Positions 12,797 to 26,352 of a stretch of 64,000 nucleotides of DNA are shown one piece after another; positions within the stretch are counted from its first letter, which is position 1, and each line of letters opens with the position of its first letter. The translations under genes and the position numbers were made by a program. The notes under the pieces are model-generated. The model did no database searches. It was not told the origin of the DNA and was given only the letters and a program-made list of their open reading frames with translations. This stretch comes from Squalus acanthias (Eukaryota), in the NCBI GenBank assembly GCA_030390025.1, contig CM059438.1, positions 61,568,001 through 61,632,000 on the forward strand, in the 5' to 3' direction.

Positions 12797-13243
12797 GTGT
12801 CAGCCGTGGCTCAGTTGATAGCACTCTTGCCTCTAAATCAGAAGATTATCCCACTCCAGAGACTTGAGCAAACAATCTGGGCTGATGTTCTACTGTAGTA
12901 CTGAGAGTGATTCACTGTCAGAGGCGCCGTCTTTCGGATGAAACATTAAACCGAGGCCCCAACTGCTCTCTCAGGTGGAAGTAAAGATCCTATGGCACGA
13001 TTCGAAGAAGAGCAGGGGAGTTCTCCCCGGTGTCCTGGCCAATATTTATCCCTCAACAAAAATCACAAACAGATTATCTGGTCAGTATCACATTGCTGTT
13101 TGTGGGATCTTACTGTGTGCACATTGGCTGCCACGTTTCCTACATTACAAAAGTGACTACACTTCAAAAGTACTTTGGCTGTAAAGTGTTATGGGATGTT
13201 TTGAAAGGCGCTATATAAATGCAAATCCTTTCTTTTCTTTTAT
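12797..13243 (+). mobile_element. DeuSINE (SacSINE1-like), near full length
   Basis: tRNA-like head, Deu domain (gccgtctttcggatga...taaaccgagg...ccggtgtcctggccaa), L2-type tail. Confidence 0.8.
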
Positions 13244-13879
13244 GAATCATGGCATTAGGAGTAGTATTAATGAATGCAGTTTCACCTTATCCAAGTTCTC
13301 CACAAGTAGGTTCTGTTGTAGAAGCTGCAATCCCTTTGTTCTCTATTCTCATTTCTTAATCCTAACACGGTATCTATTTCCTTTCCTTTAAATTTCTTGT
13401 TGAATGCTGGCACTAATCCACATAATAGCTGTCACTGCTTAAGGAAAGGAGCATATTCCCACTTTTCACACCCATACTGTGTGCTTACAGGATAGGTATG
13501 GCACAGGTTGGTGCAGGATGAAGCTTCCTTCTACTCTCCCCAACAATTTGCCTTAACCCAAAGCTCAGAAAGCAGCCATTCCTGCGCCAGTGTGAACTTT
13601 CCATTCCCTACAACAGCCATCCTTTGCTCCCCTCAGTAAGATTTCCAATCAATGTCAGAATGTGGCCCACTAGTGACAGCTTGTTGTCCCCTTAGAGAGA
13701 AAGACTTGCATTTATATAGCACCTTTCACAACCTCAGGACATCCCAAAGCGCTTTACAGCCAATGAAGTACTTTTGAAGTGTAGTCACTGTTGTAACGTG
13801 AGAGTGAGCAGAGGGAGAAGAATTGAACTTCCTGTAGTTTGGGCTGGATTCAAACCCAGATCTCAGAGGTAAAGGTATG

Positions 13880-14772
13880 GGGGTAGAAATTAGGTCGCGC
13901 CCCATTTGGGGCGCAAATATCGTCCGGACGCAAATATTAGCGCCTGGCGCTAATTATCGGCACTGACAGGAAACTTCACTTTTACCGCCCCGGGAGGTGA
14001 GTGGAGCGCTAAAGCAGGCGCTGCACACCTCTCTTAAGGCGCAAAGGCCGAGCAGTGAGGCGCTAACTCGGAGCGCTGGCGAAGCTCATGTAATGTCAGT
14101 CAGCAATGGAACACACACACAATGGCACGGGCCAGTTCTTAAAGGGGATGGTTAATCTTGCTTTCCATCCACATCCTGTTCATTGCTGCCTTGAATCTCG
14201 GCCTGGAGAGACTTGCACATCAAATGTGCTGGAAAGAACAATGGAGCGTACCAGGCAAAGAGCTCAGAGTGCAGCTCCCACAGTCTCTGCTAAATCGATA
14301 CAAGGAATGGCAAATCAAAATGAACCTGCAAAGTGCTGCTCAGTACCCAAAACTCCTTCACACAACGTTGAATCTCTCCAGGAGTCTCTCCCTCTCTCTC
14401 TCAGAATGCGTAGTTCAAAAATGCCACCAACAATAAAAGACAGGAAGAGGCCCCCTTTAAATAGCGCCCCCCCCAGCCCCACAGTGATTGATAGCGTTCC
14501 AGTCTTCTGGTCGTTGGAAGCGCCAGGCGGTAAGGCAGGGGGCGCCACTCAATTTCCGCTACGGGGCGCCACAAGGGCGTTGCACCATGGAATGACGTCA
14601 CAATCTGCGCGCGCAGGTGGTCGCAGCGGTAAGTTTTAGCGCCGCCGCACAATCTCAAGTTAAGTTCTCGAGCGGCGCAAACATCGCTGCGCCCGGGCGT
14701 TAGCGGCTTTGCGCCCCATTAGCGCCCTCTTAAGGCGCTAACGGGAGGCGCAACCAAGTGAATTTTTACCCC
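13880..14772 (+). mobile_element. Harbinger-type MITE family A, copy 2 (inside a minus-strand SINE remnant at about 13697-14800)
   Basis: Near-identical to 10905-11798; same TIRs; TSD ATG. Confidence 0.9.
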
Positions 14773-15339
14773 ATGGTGTTTAATCATCTGCACTATCCAG
14801 TCTGCAGCCTGGGAACTGCTGTCAGCATGAAGTCCTTGTGATGCATTACAATAGTGACTACACTTCAAAAGTACTTTGGCTGTAAAGTGTTTTGGGGCAT
14901 CTTAAAAGGTGCTATATAAATGCAAATCCTTTCTTTTCTTTTATGAATCATGGCATTAGGAGTAGTATTAATGAATGCAGTTTCACTTTATCTAAGTTCC
15001 CCACAAGTAGGTTCAGTTGTAGAAGCCGTGCTCAAAGCTGATCATAAAATTGCTGTCGGGCTTTTGAGCATACTGTGCGTTAGACTTATTCTGCATGCAA
15101 ATTGGGGATTATTGCTTGTGATGGCGGAACCCCCAAGATTTTCATCTTCATACATGGCACATGCAATGCACTGATCTTGTCCGTGTGAAATGGCCATTAG
15201 AACTCAGGCAGGTTCTTGCATGTCAGGAATAAGAAAGCAACAGCAGCAAGTTTTTACAGTTTGAAAATTCACCGCAGTGGGGATTACTTTCAGTGAAAGG
15301 AAGATGGGCAGTAGCGTTGAAGGGCTGCCAGAGACATCA

Positions 15340-15900
15340 AGTGGCCCCGGAGACGTATTATCCCCTCCCACCACTATGCCACCCATCATATATCCACAGG
15401 TAATTGGCAGTGACTGAGCAGCACTGCCTCCAGAGGCTCAGGCATTAAGGTAGAGAGAGCTGTGTCCTTTGCTCCAAGAGTACCTGCAGACAATCTCAAA
15501 AACAGGAATGATGAGGCCAGCGGTGACCAATGCTCTCAATTTTTATGCCCCTTGCTTTTTCTAGACTACTGCAGGGAGATGTGTAGTGTTGACCAGCTTG
15601 CTGCTCACGAGAAGCCAAAGATGCCTTATTCAGTGGGGCCAATAATGTCATCACTTTCGCCACTGACCAACACTGTGAGAGGCATAGCAATTCTACAGAA
15701 CCGCTGGCTTTCCCAGAATCGAGAGGGTCACTGTCTGTACCATGTTGCCATTCAGGCTCCTATGCACAGTGCTGTGCCCTATGACCCAAAGCGATTTTTT
15801 TTTTTAAATCTCAAGTGGACATTATACAGGACACCAGCACAGCACTGCCTGATTCCCTGGAATCAGGGGACCTAACAATGTGTAACTCAGAGAGGTCTAA
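15340..15900 (+). mobile_element. Highly decayed Harbinger transposase remnant
   Basis: gtgaccaatgctctcaatttttatgcc (VTNALNFYA) resembles VTTALNFFA of the intact transposase; boundaries approximate. Confidence 0.5.
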
Positions 15901-16635
15901 AGCCATTCGAATTGGGCCAGACTCTCAGCAGACCATCAGCGAAACCCTTACTCCGTCCAAAAGGGAATCACTTAGAAGGACTGGTAGGTTAGGTGTTACA
16001 CGTCTGGAATAAACCACAAGCAATCAAGAGGCATCATTGTGCCAATGCAAGCTGCCAACATTCACACACTGCATAATAAAAGAAATAAATGTTCTGCGCT
16101 TGATCTAGTTGCAAGTATTTATTTGTCGTTGGTTACAATATCACAAAAGTACAGCAAAAAGTGGCACTAGATGCCATTTGATGAACTGAGTATACAAGTG
16201 CAGGAGAAGGTGAGTTGCACATGGTTATTGGCAAAACTCCCAGCTCTGGCTCTGCTCCCTCACATCGAGGCCCATCCACTGTGCTCCAACTCTGTTCTGT
16301 TCCACTCGCTTCCTTCCACCCCCGCCCCCAAAAAAACTGGTAACAAATGTTCCAACTCCCTCTTCTCTCCCCTAGTGCTTTAGCTTTGATCCCTTCATCC
16401 CAGTCTCGCAGCGGTTTAAAGCACGACCCTGCTCCCTGCCATTCTCTGCGGTTCCAGGCCCTATTGCTGTTTAGCTCAGTGGCTACTGCAGACTGGGATA
16501 ATAGGTTTTAAGCAGGCCAGCTCCATGACCACCCCTCGTCCCCCGCCTCCACTTGCTGTTGTCCCAGCTCATTATCCCACATGTATCTTTAGATAGACAC
16601 AAATGAAGACATCAGGATGGTGTACTATGTTATTA

Positions 16636-16840
16636 CATACAACCAACCTCATTAAGACAGATTATCTGGTCATTACCACATTGCTGTTTGTGGGATCTTG
16701 CTGTGCGCAAATTGGCTCCCGCGTTTCCTACATTACGACAGTGACTATACTTCAAAAGTACTTCATTGGTTGTAAAGCGCTTTGGGATGACCTGAGGTTG
16801 TGAAAGGTGATATATAAATGCAAGTTCACTCTTTTTTCCT
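16636..16840 (+). mobile_element. DeuSINE 3' fragment
   Basis: Matches 1-172 and the SINE tail. Confidence 0.75.
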
Positions 16841-17070
16841 TATGTTATTAGATATAGTATATATAAATTAAACCCCAGTGGCTTCATGCTGGTGGGAGAT
16901 TTGTTGACTGAACCCTACTATAGCATGAGCTACATTTCAGGGAGCACCAGCTTCAGATTTTAGTAAATAAAATGAACAGAAGATCACCAGCTTCAGAAAA
17001 CATTTACTTACAACATTGTAAAAACTGTCCAGGAAGGAAACACAACTCAAAAAACAAAGAAGGATACAAA

Positions 17071-19644
17071 GGCTGGAATTTTCCGTACCTGGGCGGGTCG
17101 GGTGCGGGCGGTCGCCGTGGCGGGTCGCAACCCAGTTCCTGATTCCATGCCGCTCCTCAGATCAACTTTGCGTTAATGGGGCCTATTAAGGCCGCCCTGC
17201 TCGTTACCCCGGCCCAATTAAATGGTGCGGGTCTGATGACGTCATCGATGACGCATTTTCAGCCGGGATATTTAAAGGAGCCATGCCCACATTGCATTTG
17301 AAGGCTCATCTAGGAGTGTTGCAGGCAGCACACTGCACAATTGGACTGCTGGAAAGAGTGCCAAATATGACTGCACTGAGACAGAGGGCTGCACCCAGGT
17401 TCTCCGATGACTCCCTCCATATGCTTGTGGAGGGAGTCAGAGCACGCAGGGAGGTCCTCTTCCCTTCTAATGGGCGGAAGAGACCTCCCCAGGAGACCAA
17501 AAGAAACTGGCTCCAAACAGCAGGGATGTGATCAGGAGCACCTGGGTGCAGTGCCGGAAACATTTCAATGATCTCATTAGATCAGGAAAGGTGAGTACAA
17601 AGCCACACTCAACTTCATCCTGCTGCACCTCTCATCATATCCCCATCACTCTGCCTTCCCAACCCTGCTGCTGCACATCCTTACTCACACCAACATACCT
17701 TGCATGTCCAACCATCCCTCTCTCTCTATCTACATTATCACATCCCCATCTGACTAGCCACCCCTCACACTCACCCTCATCCTAATGCAATCATACCAAC
17801 TAACAACACATAGGAGGTCACTTGGCTTTGGCACCCCACTCCATCATAGTCTCCCTCTAAAGATGTAACCCATCCATTCCTTACACTCATTCCATCGCTC
17901 TCTCTCAACCTTCTCTTCTTTCCCTCCTTGCAGGAAAAGAGAGCCCACAATAAGAGGGAGAGGGAGAGGACCGGAGGTGGAATGCCATCATTGGCGACCC
18001 TAACATCAGCAGAGGAGGCTGCCTTGGAAGTTTCTGGAATCGCCAAGCAGTTGGAGGTGGGAGATGGAGAGAGGGGGACATCTCAGCAACCTGGTGACCG
18101 AATTACATATCATACAGCCACATGGCACACATCAGTCACTCATATGGGACTGCTGTCAGCAGCCTATAAATGGTCATCATGTGCATAATGGTATCTGTAC
18201 CCATTCTTCATATGGACATATCTAACTCATCTCTTTACTCTCCCACAAGTCCATCAAGAGCCCGCCCTCCCACCCACTGTCCAGGAGGAAGAGGAAGACA
18301 ACTCATCAGAGGAGCCTCCAGCATCTGAGGGCGCACCATCACCAGGCATAAGCGCACCCAGCACCAGCACAGATACGCACACCTCGGTGGGTGCCACGCG
18401 AGATAGAGTAGTGTTGTCACCTGGTGTCTCACAACTCACAATGAGCAAGAGCAGATGGTGGAGACAGGGACAGCGGTGGAGACTCCTCGCCGGAGGGCGC
18501 AGGACGCTCCTAGCTCTGCTCAGCTGCATGCAGACGCTGAGCCTCGGGGGCCATCCAGAAAGAGGGCGATCCTGGAGGTGCAGCAAGGCGTGCAGGAGGC
18601 TATGACAGGTTTTGCGAGCGCGATGTCTGCAAATGTGCAGAGAATGGAGGAGTCCATCTCCAAAGCACCACCGTGTCGCAGGCGATGGCAACTGTAGGTT
18701 CGTCCATGGATAGGATGGCCACCTGCATGGAGCAGCTAATGCACCACTCACAGGAGCACATGGTCTCTATAGAGAATAGACGGCAGAGGCTCATAGACCT
18801 CCTCTCTAGGAGGGATGTCAACACAGACGTGGGTCCTCATGGCCCCACTGCTGTGCAGCAAGGTGCTCTCCAGCTCCTTGCTAGCAGGGAAGTGCGGGTG
18901 GCCCATGAGTGGGATGATGGTGAGAGGGGACATGGAAGTGGGAGCTCCTCTCAAAGCGCTCACACTTCTCCCCCGTTGCCACCCCCTCAGTCAGAGCCCT
19001 AGATGCCTCCTCGGATAGCGATGACCGAGTCTGCCCCTGCACAGTCGCTGGTGACCAGTATGATGCATCTGTGGGCGGTCAACTGCGAGATGCCACAAAT
19101 GTCTGCTGCAGATCCCTGGAAAGAGCCTGAGGCGAAGAAGTTGAGGGTACTGGTGACTTTGACAGCCACTGGTAAGGCGTGTCCACCCGCTCTTCTGAGC
19201 TGCAGGTCTTCTCCAGCAATGTGCAAATATCTGCGACGGCCTGGCACGACAGCCTGAGCCTCCTTTGGCCCTGCTGCTCTGTCATGTTGAGGAAGCTCAT
19301 CCTCTGCCTGTGTACCCTGTGTTGGGGGTATCGCCTCCGCGCTGTGCACTAATCCGCTGGATCAATGGGCACTCAACTTCCGCCTCAGGTTGACAGACGT
19401 GGTTCCCAAGCTGCGTGATTCCTGTGGTTATCCAGTGAAATTTGAAAGATAGGGTTAAAAAAATTGTTAAGGGTCTGACAAGTACCTAATAATGATTTAA
19501 CTTAGCTCGTCCGCCTCTGCCGTTCGGGTCGCTGCCGCGCTGGCAAACGCACCCGAGGGAAAGGTGCATGGGGGCGGGATGACGGCGGGGTCCCACCTGA
19601 CCCGCCTCCAATCGTGCCCGCACGGACCCCAAAAAATTCCAGCC
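17071..19644. mobile_element. Internally deleted Harbinger element: spliced Myb/SANT gene (+) and 5' part of transposase (-)
   Basis: TIRs ggctggaatttt / aaaattccagcc; Myb exon from ATG 17367 (RAAPRFSDDSL...WVQCRKHFNDL) with donor at 17591 and acceptor at 17933; [20 protein letters not shown] on the minus strand at 19050-19350. Confidence 0.88.
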
Positions 19645-22600
19645 AGAGAGAGGCAGGAAGCAGCTGAAAAGGGGTACCACAGATGAGGGCGGCACAATAA
19701 ATGTCTGAGATCCAAGTGCAATGGCGGACTGCACCAGATGCGAGTGTAACTTTCCAACCTGATTGATAAAAGGCACATTCATCTAGACCTCAGGAATTTT
19801 TTTTTTTTAAAACACAAGGTCCTTCAGTGAAGTTAATAATTTAAAAATATTAATACTGTATACATAAAATCTAGCATGCAGTTTGTGCGAGCATGATGTG
19901 GGTACCAATAATATTGTCTATATTAAAAGTTACATTTTCCACTTTTATCCACACTTCATAATTTTTTTTAAAACATATCATTCCTAGTCTTAGGCAGCAA
20001 TCTTTAATTAAAACAAAACCTCATCGAATTTTCAGAGATCAAAGTCAAAGTTCATAAAATCATACTTTTATATCTGTACAGATGAATCATCCGTATGCTA
20101 AACCACAGCAGATTGCTTGGAAGAAAGCATCTGTGTCTTGATTGAGAGTATGATGAACAGGAAGAGGAGAGTGAGTGGATTCCATCGGCTCCCTGGAATG
20201 TTAACCAATATGTAACAGGCAAAAATAATTAACATGACAGAAGGAACTTTAGTTATTGACTTTACTGACCAATGGAATATTTTTCATTCCTAGTCACTTC
20301 ATCAAAACCCTTTATAATTTTGAAGAGCTCTATCAGATCTAATCTTAAATTTCTCCGATCTGGTGAAAAGTGGGGGAGTTGATGGTCCAGCATTGCTGGG
20401 AAAATAACGGCGAGTTTAATGCGCACACTGTTATTAGTGTGTAAATAACCCAGCATTTGAGGCGAGGAAGAGATGCCCCGCCACAAGTTGCTGGACGATG
20501 TGCGCCGCTCCGCCATTTATCTTGTAAAAACAGGAGCTCGCCCTCAACCTCCCCATGCGTTTCACGAAATTGCTGCATTTACGATGTTTAAACAAATTAA
20601 GTTTGACGCAGAAAGTTAGGGCTGGTACTTAACAATGCAAGGTCCCTTTTAATGATAAAATTTATGTTCCTGCAATGCCACTCAACCTCCCTGGCTCAGA
20701 AAGGGAACAACTGAAATGGTGAAGTCTCATTGTAGACCTGCAGGTAGTAAACTGTTTCTAGAGGTTTTTAAAATATAAAAGTTTAAATTTTTTCTTATTT
20801 TCTCTTTCTGCCATTTTCTCTCTCTCTTAATCCAATCTTTCTTTCCCTCTTTTTATTTCTCTTTCTGGACCTAACTGGACTCAAATTCACCCTATTTCCT
20901 TCTCCGCCATTCCTCTGTTTCTTTCTCTATCCTTAAATCTCATTGGTTAAGGAGATAGATTGTCCTGTCGTTCACCAAGGTCCCAGATGCTCCGTTGACC
21001 TCACTACACTATTATCACCTCGCACTTCCAGCAATTTGCGACGCAAAAACATTTCAAGCTGAAGGGTGAGGGGAAAAAATCTAACAAACAGGGCACGGCG
21101 CGCAATGCCCCACTTCAGCAAATTCTGGCATATGGTTACCCTGTTTTTCCGAGGCTGTTTTGTGAAAGCTCCTTCAGAGAAGGGGGCGAACCCTCGCAGA
21201 ATTTCACCCACCCCTCAACCCCCAGATTCTCTCGTCCCTCATAACTAAAGCCTCTCACCCCTGGTATCACTTTAGCCAATCTCTTCTCTGCACTATTTAT
21301 GGCCATGACATCTTTCTTAGTCTCACATTAATTATTAAATAAATTGCCTAATAATTCTTTAATTCTATATAATTTACTTTTTAAAGGTGATTTGTGTTGG
21401 GTGATGTACGGATACAGCCTTACATTAGATAAATATCAGAAGAGTTCAGTAAAGTCTGAAAAGGTGCAATTTGAAAATTACAGTATATTGAATTGTCAAG
21501 TGCAGTTTGCCATAAAAAATTATGGTGCAAAACACAATTTTGTACAAAAACTCATTAATTAATTCGCTGCTGATTACAAAATCATTCAAAAAATGAAGAT
21601 GCCCTTATGATGCTAAAGGTCCTGGTGTATTATATTACGGCATTGGGTTGTGAAACAAAATCCTAACTCACTTATTATAAACAGATTTACTTAACACATG
21701 GGGGGGTGCTTCTTCCATTGTCTCGGATTTCCAAAGTAATTGCGGTACAGAGATATAATTGCTCATTTACTTTTATACAAATGAATAAATCAAAATCGCT
21801 GCTAAAGTATATTAAAAAATGCTCAAGCAGCCGTTGGCTTCCCTCTTAAAATTATTCCCTGTGGAGTAGTAATTACTGTAAAGTATTGGATTATGATCAG
21901 TGGTAAACATAGTCCAATCATAGTCCAATGTTGTGCGACTTCTCACTATAGTCCAATCAGCAGTAATATTACCCCACATGGGACCAGTCCGCAGTATGGC
22001 TTTCAAATCAGCAATGCTAAGACAATAGCACCCCCTAGTGGTCACCGTGATCTGATGCCTATTTGTTACAAATCTGATTCCCAGCACTACCTGATTCAAC
22101 AATATTCAAACATTTCCAGCAGAGGTCAAGTTCGAGGACCCAGCGGTTTGTGTGCTCAGGTTACAGCAAAGAGATGAGCGTCCAAACTGCGTCTTTCTGA
22201 CGTATGGCCTTTGGTGCGAAAATCTGAGTATCTTCGCACTGGACAAGCGAGAAAGATAATGGGTCCTGTAAATTGGGGGGTGCGGTTACATAGCGAGAAC
22301 AAAGGTCTCCTGGGACTTCAACTTTCCACAATGCATGTCTTTCAAAGGAACTGCTGTGCTCAAGTAGTCCTGTGGTGTAGTTTGCAAAATAAAGTTCTTA
22401 CTTAAATCAATACTGAAGAGTGTGCAATGTTGCATGGAATCGCCCACAAACCTATTTCTGAATTTCAGCAGGAGTACTGAGAATGTGTGCCAGAGTAGAT
22501 TTTTCAGTACCCTTGCTCACAGCGAAGTGTCTCGCCTGCCACAAGCACAGATCCGAAAGTCACATTCCCGTCCACTGAAATCAATGGATGCTGTTTTCCA

Positions 22601-24498
22601 ATTCACACCTTTAGTTTTAGGGAAGACGGGCACCCAGTGCAAACTTGAATCTGTCACTGGCGCAAGAACAGAACAGAGGCCAGGGTCGCCAAGTAAGGTT
22701 GGAGGCTGGGGCACGTACTAAGTGGGTTGGGGAGGGGGAATAATAAGAAACAAAAATAAAAATTTCTAGGGACTTCTGTTTATTCCAGTGCCTGAATGAC
22801 TTGAAGAAATGCTCATTTCCGGCCCTGGAAGCAAGCCAGTAAAACTTGGGAGGTGCACACAGCACTTCAAACTGTAGCCCAGCTGATACACACAAGATAT
22901 AGGAATAAAGGACATTTATCTCATGGTCCCAGTATTTACTGTGTGTTGTCACCCCCCTCCCCATCTGTCAGAATACGCACTTACACAAATAACTGTAGTG
23001 ACGTATCCCCGCCCCCTTTCCCCTTTCATTCCCTGCCAACTGACATTTACAATAAAAATCAACCGGTAATTAAATTTGTTTTGCTCCGAAAGCAGAGGTT
23101 TAGTCATGGAACATATTATCGATGCCAACAAGTTTCTCCCTACTTTAAAATTAAAGTATTATATATCTGACAGGATATGAATCATTTTTTATTTAAAAAT
23201 ATGTATGTTTTTTGGCCTTGGCAACTTCAACCACCCGAGTTTTTGTTAATAATTAGCACTGACATTCATAACAGATGAGGATAAGGTCAGTGCCCAGCTA
23301 TATTACTGACCTGAGTTTGATTTGATATGACAAGAGTACAATAAACTGATATTTGCCACTCATTACAGTTCTTTCCCCATTGTAGTCACATTGCTAATCC
23401 TCAATCCCATCCATGCTGTAGACCAGATTATTGAGCACTGGTGTCATCAAATCCATTAATAACATGGTAAAACTGCAGGATTACACCCAGTCATCATTCA
23501 ATCAACCTCTTGGTCACAAGATGGATACTGTTGTACTAAGGATTAAAACAGCTACTGGGATTACACGGAATATGCTGCACAGAAACAGGCCATCCGGCCC
23601 AACCAGTCCGTGCCGATGCTTATGCGCCACTCGAGCCATAATTGATAGTAAAGTCATACAATCTTCTGATGCATATGGGGGGGGGGGGTGCATTTTATAA
23701 TAAAATAGAACTGTGCAACAGGGTCCTCCCGATATGACAGGATCACATGCACAAGAATTTGCCACAATTTTCAAGCAGCACACTTAAAGTCTTCAACCAA
23801 CTATGTCGGGACATACCCGCATACCACAGACAGTAGGCAAGTTACTGAAGAAGCCACCTGAACAGCCCTGACATTATCGTCCATGATCCTGCTATCTGAC
23901 CTTGGCCAGGTAGCTCACCACCAGCTGCTCTGCTGTTGCTGGCCAGCATCAGGACGCAGGTTCACAGTACTACAGCCCTGCAGCAAAAAGCAGGCTTGGA
24001 CTTCCAATCGTCATGTAGCCCCAGACCATGACCACTACGCAGCCCAGACCACCAAAGGCCAGGTGCTCCCAGACAACCAAACACCAAACAGTCGTGTTAC
24101 CTGCAACTATCCTGCTGTCCCGGATCAGATTATCCTTGACCTAAAACCCAAAACTATCAGATTCGCCAGGCAGGCCCTGGACTTTACAACCATCAGTCAG
24201 GCCCTGTGAAGAAAGAGAAAGGAAGAACTTGCATTTATATGGCGGTTTTCACAACCTCAGGACATCTTAAAGAGCTTTACAGTCAATTAAATATTTCTGA
24301 AGTGCCTATCTCAGGCTCCTACCGAGATGATTTTCTCTAGTCGTGGGTAGATTTTCTAAGACCTGCTAATGTAAAAAGAAGTTATGTCTGTGTCCATTGC
24401 ATACGTTGCTTTGGAATCAAGCCCTCCAATCTCTCTGTCTCCACCCCACTCCACCACCTTGTCATCTTTTCCACCTTCCTTCCAGTCTCAGACACATA

Positions 24499-25313
24499 GG
24501 CCGCGATTTTCTCGATCGATGCGGCTTGGGAGCGGGTTAGCTGGTTTCCGGGTTCCAGTCCTGCCTCCAACTTCATCCGGCCCACGGACATGATTTTACG
24601 TCAATTGGCCTTGTTAAGCCCGCCCTGCGGGCTTGCCGGCCAATTAAGAAGAAGCCGGTCAGATGACGTCATTTGATGACACGTCATCTGCCGGTTTCCT
24701 TAAAGGGACCACGCACAATTTTTCTTTGACAGCTCATTTCTCAGTGTTTGACAGCATTGAGGTGCTGCAAACACTGACAATCACTGTACAAAGGTGTATC
24801 TTGCACCCAGGCTCTCCAGTGACTCCCTCCTTAGGCTAGAACAGATGGCAGCTGCAGGTGAGGTTACAGAAGCGATCTGTCACTGGTGAGAGAGATTCTC
24901 CCAATGAGGTGGGACTAGACATACAATTCAAAATTTGTTACCTACAGAAAAGTGTAAATACATTAAAAATGAATTTCCCAACATTTTCTTACCTCTGAAA
25001 CTCACCAGTGCACCATTGGATCCATCACACCACTTCTGCAGCTGTCATCAATGCAGAAACATTACAGCAGACTCACAACACGCCGCACTTACCTGGCGTG
25101 GTGTCCAGACGTCGGGAAGCCCGACAGTTAAGTAGCTATAATCCTCTTCCCGCCGCTAGATGTCGGGTCCATGCACAAATCGGGGACCCGACACTTGGGA
25201 AAATTGATTGGAGGCAGGTTGACAGCGGGTTTCCTGCCCGCTGTCAATCTTTGCGATTTTGCCGGAGGTCCCACCTCCAAACCCGTCCCCTGAGCGCCGG
25301 TAAAATTCCGGCC
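24499..25313. mobile_element. Non-autonomous Harbinger derivative
   Basis: Imperfect TIRs ggccgcgatttt / aaaattccggcc, flanks ATA/TTA, left arm resembles 17071-17420. Confidence 0.7.
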
Positions 25314-25504
25314 TTAGCTTTCACCATCACCACCTAACCACTACATACCCTTCTACATTCCAACCAACTCAATTACCACCTATCTCCTCTTCTGTCTCCA
25401 TCCCAAGCTCAAGTCCCTTTTCAACAATTTAGGCATCCTCTCCATAAGCAGCAACCCAACTACCTCATCATAGAAATGTATGGTAAATCCAGGCTAACAT
25501 TCCA

Positions 25505-25820
25505 TAGAATTTTATGGGACAGAAGGAGGCCATTCGGCCCATCGTGTCTGTGCCAGCTGAAAAAGAGCTATCCAGCCTAATCCCACTTTCCAGCTCTTGG
25601 TCCGTAGCTCTTTAGGTTACGGCACTTCAAGTGCATATCCAAGTACTTTTTAAATGCGATGAGGGTTTCTGCCTCTACCACCTTTTCAGACAGTGAGTTC
25701 CAGACCCCCACCACCTTCTGGGTGAAAAAATTTCACCTCAACTCCCCTCTAATCCTTCTACTAATTACTTTAATTCTATTCCCCCTGGTTATTGACCTCT
25801 CTGCTAAGGGAAATAGGTCT
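25505..25820 (-). mobile_element. CR1 3' fragment
   Basis: Closely similar to 28986-29300. Confidence 0.8.
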
Positions 25821-26352
25821 ACTACAGGTCTACTACAACTGGTCCCTCAACCCACTCCTCCTAACCAATTACTGATCGCTCAATCACCTCTCCTCGGCCT
25901 AGTACTCACTGACAGCGTCAACTGCTGCCTCTCCTCAGGCGTGCAATTGTCTGTCCAGTGGTTTCAATGGATGGAAAATTGCAGGGATCCCCCTCCCCCC
26001 AATTTTCTGATATATGCTCACGGCAGATGAAGTACTTCGCCACAGGCTAGAACTTGGAATACCTACACTTATGAGTGCACGTCGCTGTTGTGCTCAAGTG
26101 GGGAGTTAACATAATAATAAAATACAATTTGGCTTATCACGCCTGTTCGTTCTGCAGACCACCTACAATCTAACTATCCTATTATGAACTTTATCCAACG
26201 CAATCAACCTAAAAGTTACTCCCTGTCCCCTCAAAGGCAAATCTAGCCACCTCCAGAATGTCTACCTACATTGTACATCCTTAAAGGATTGCTTTCCTTG
26301 GCAGGACATTCCCATGTCTTAAGTTAAATTCTTGGATGTTTTCAACATGACC

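Noticed and set aside
13480..13690. Resemblance to the LF-SINE 3' region on the minus strand
   Set aside because: Similarity recalled from memory and weak; needs a Dfam search
20365..21130. Possible further MITE interrupting a CR1 fragment
   Set aside because: TIRs and TSD could not be defined
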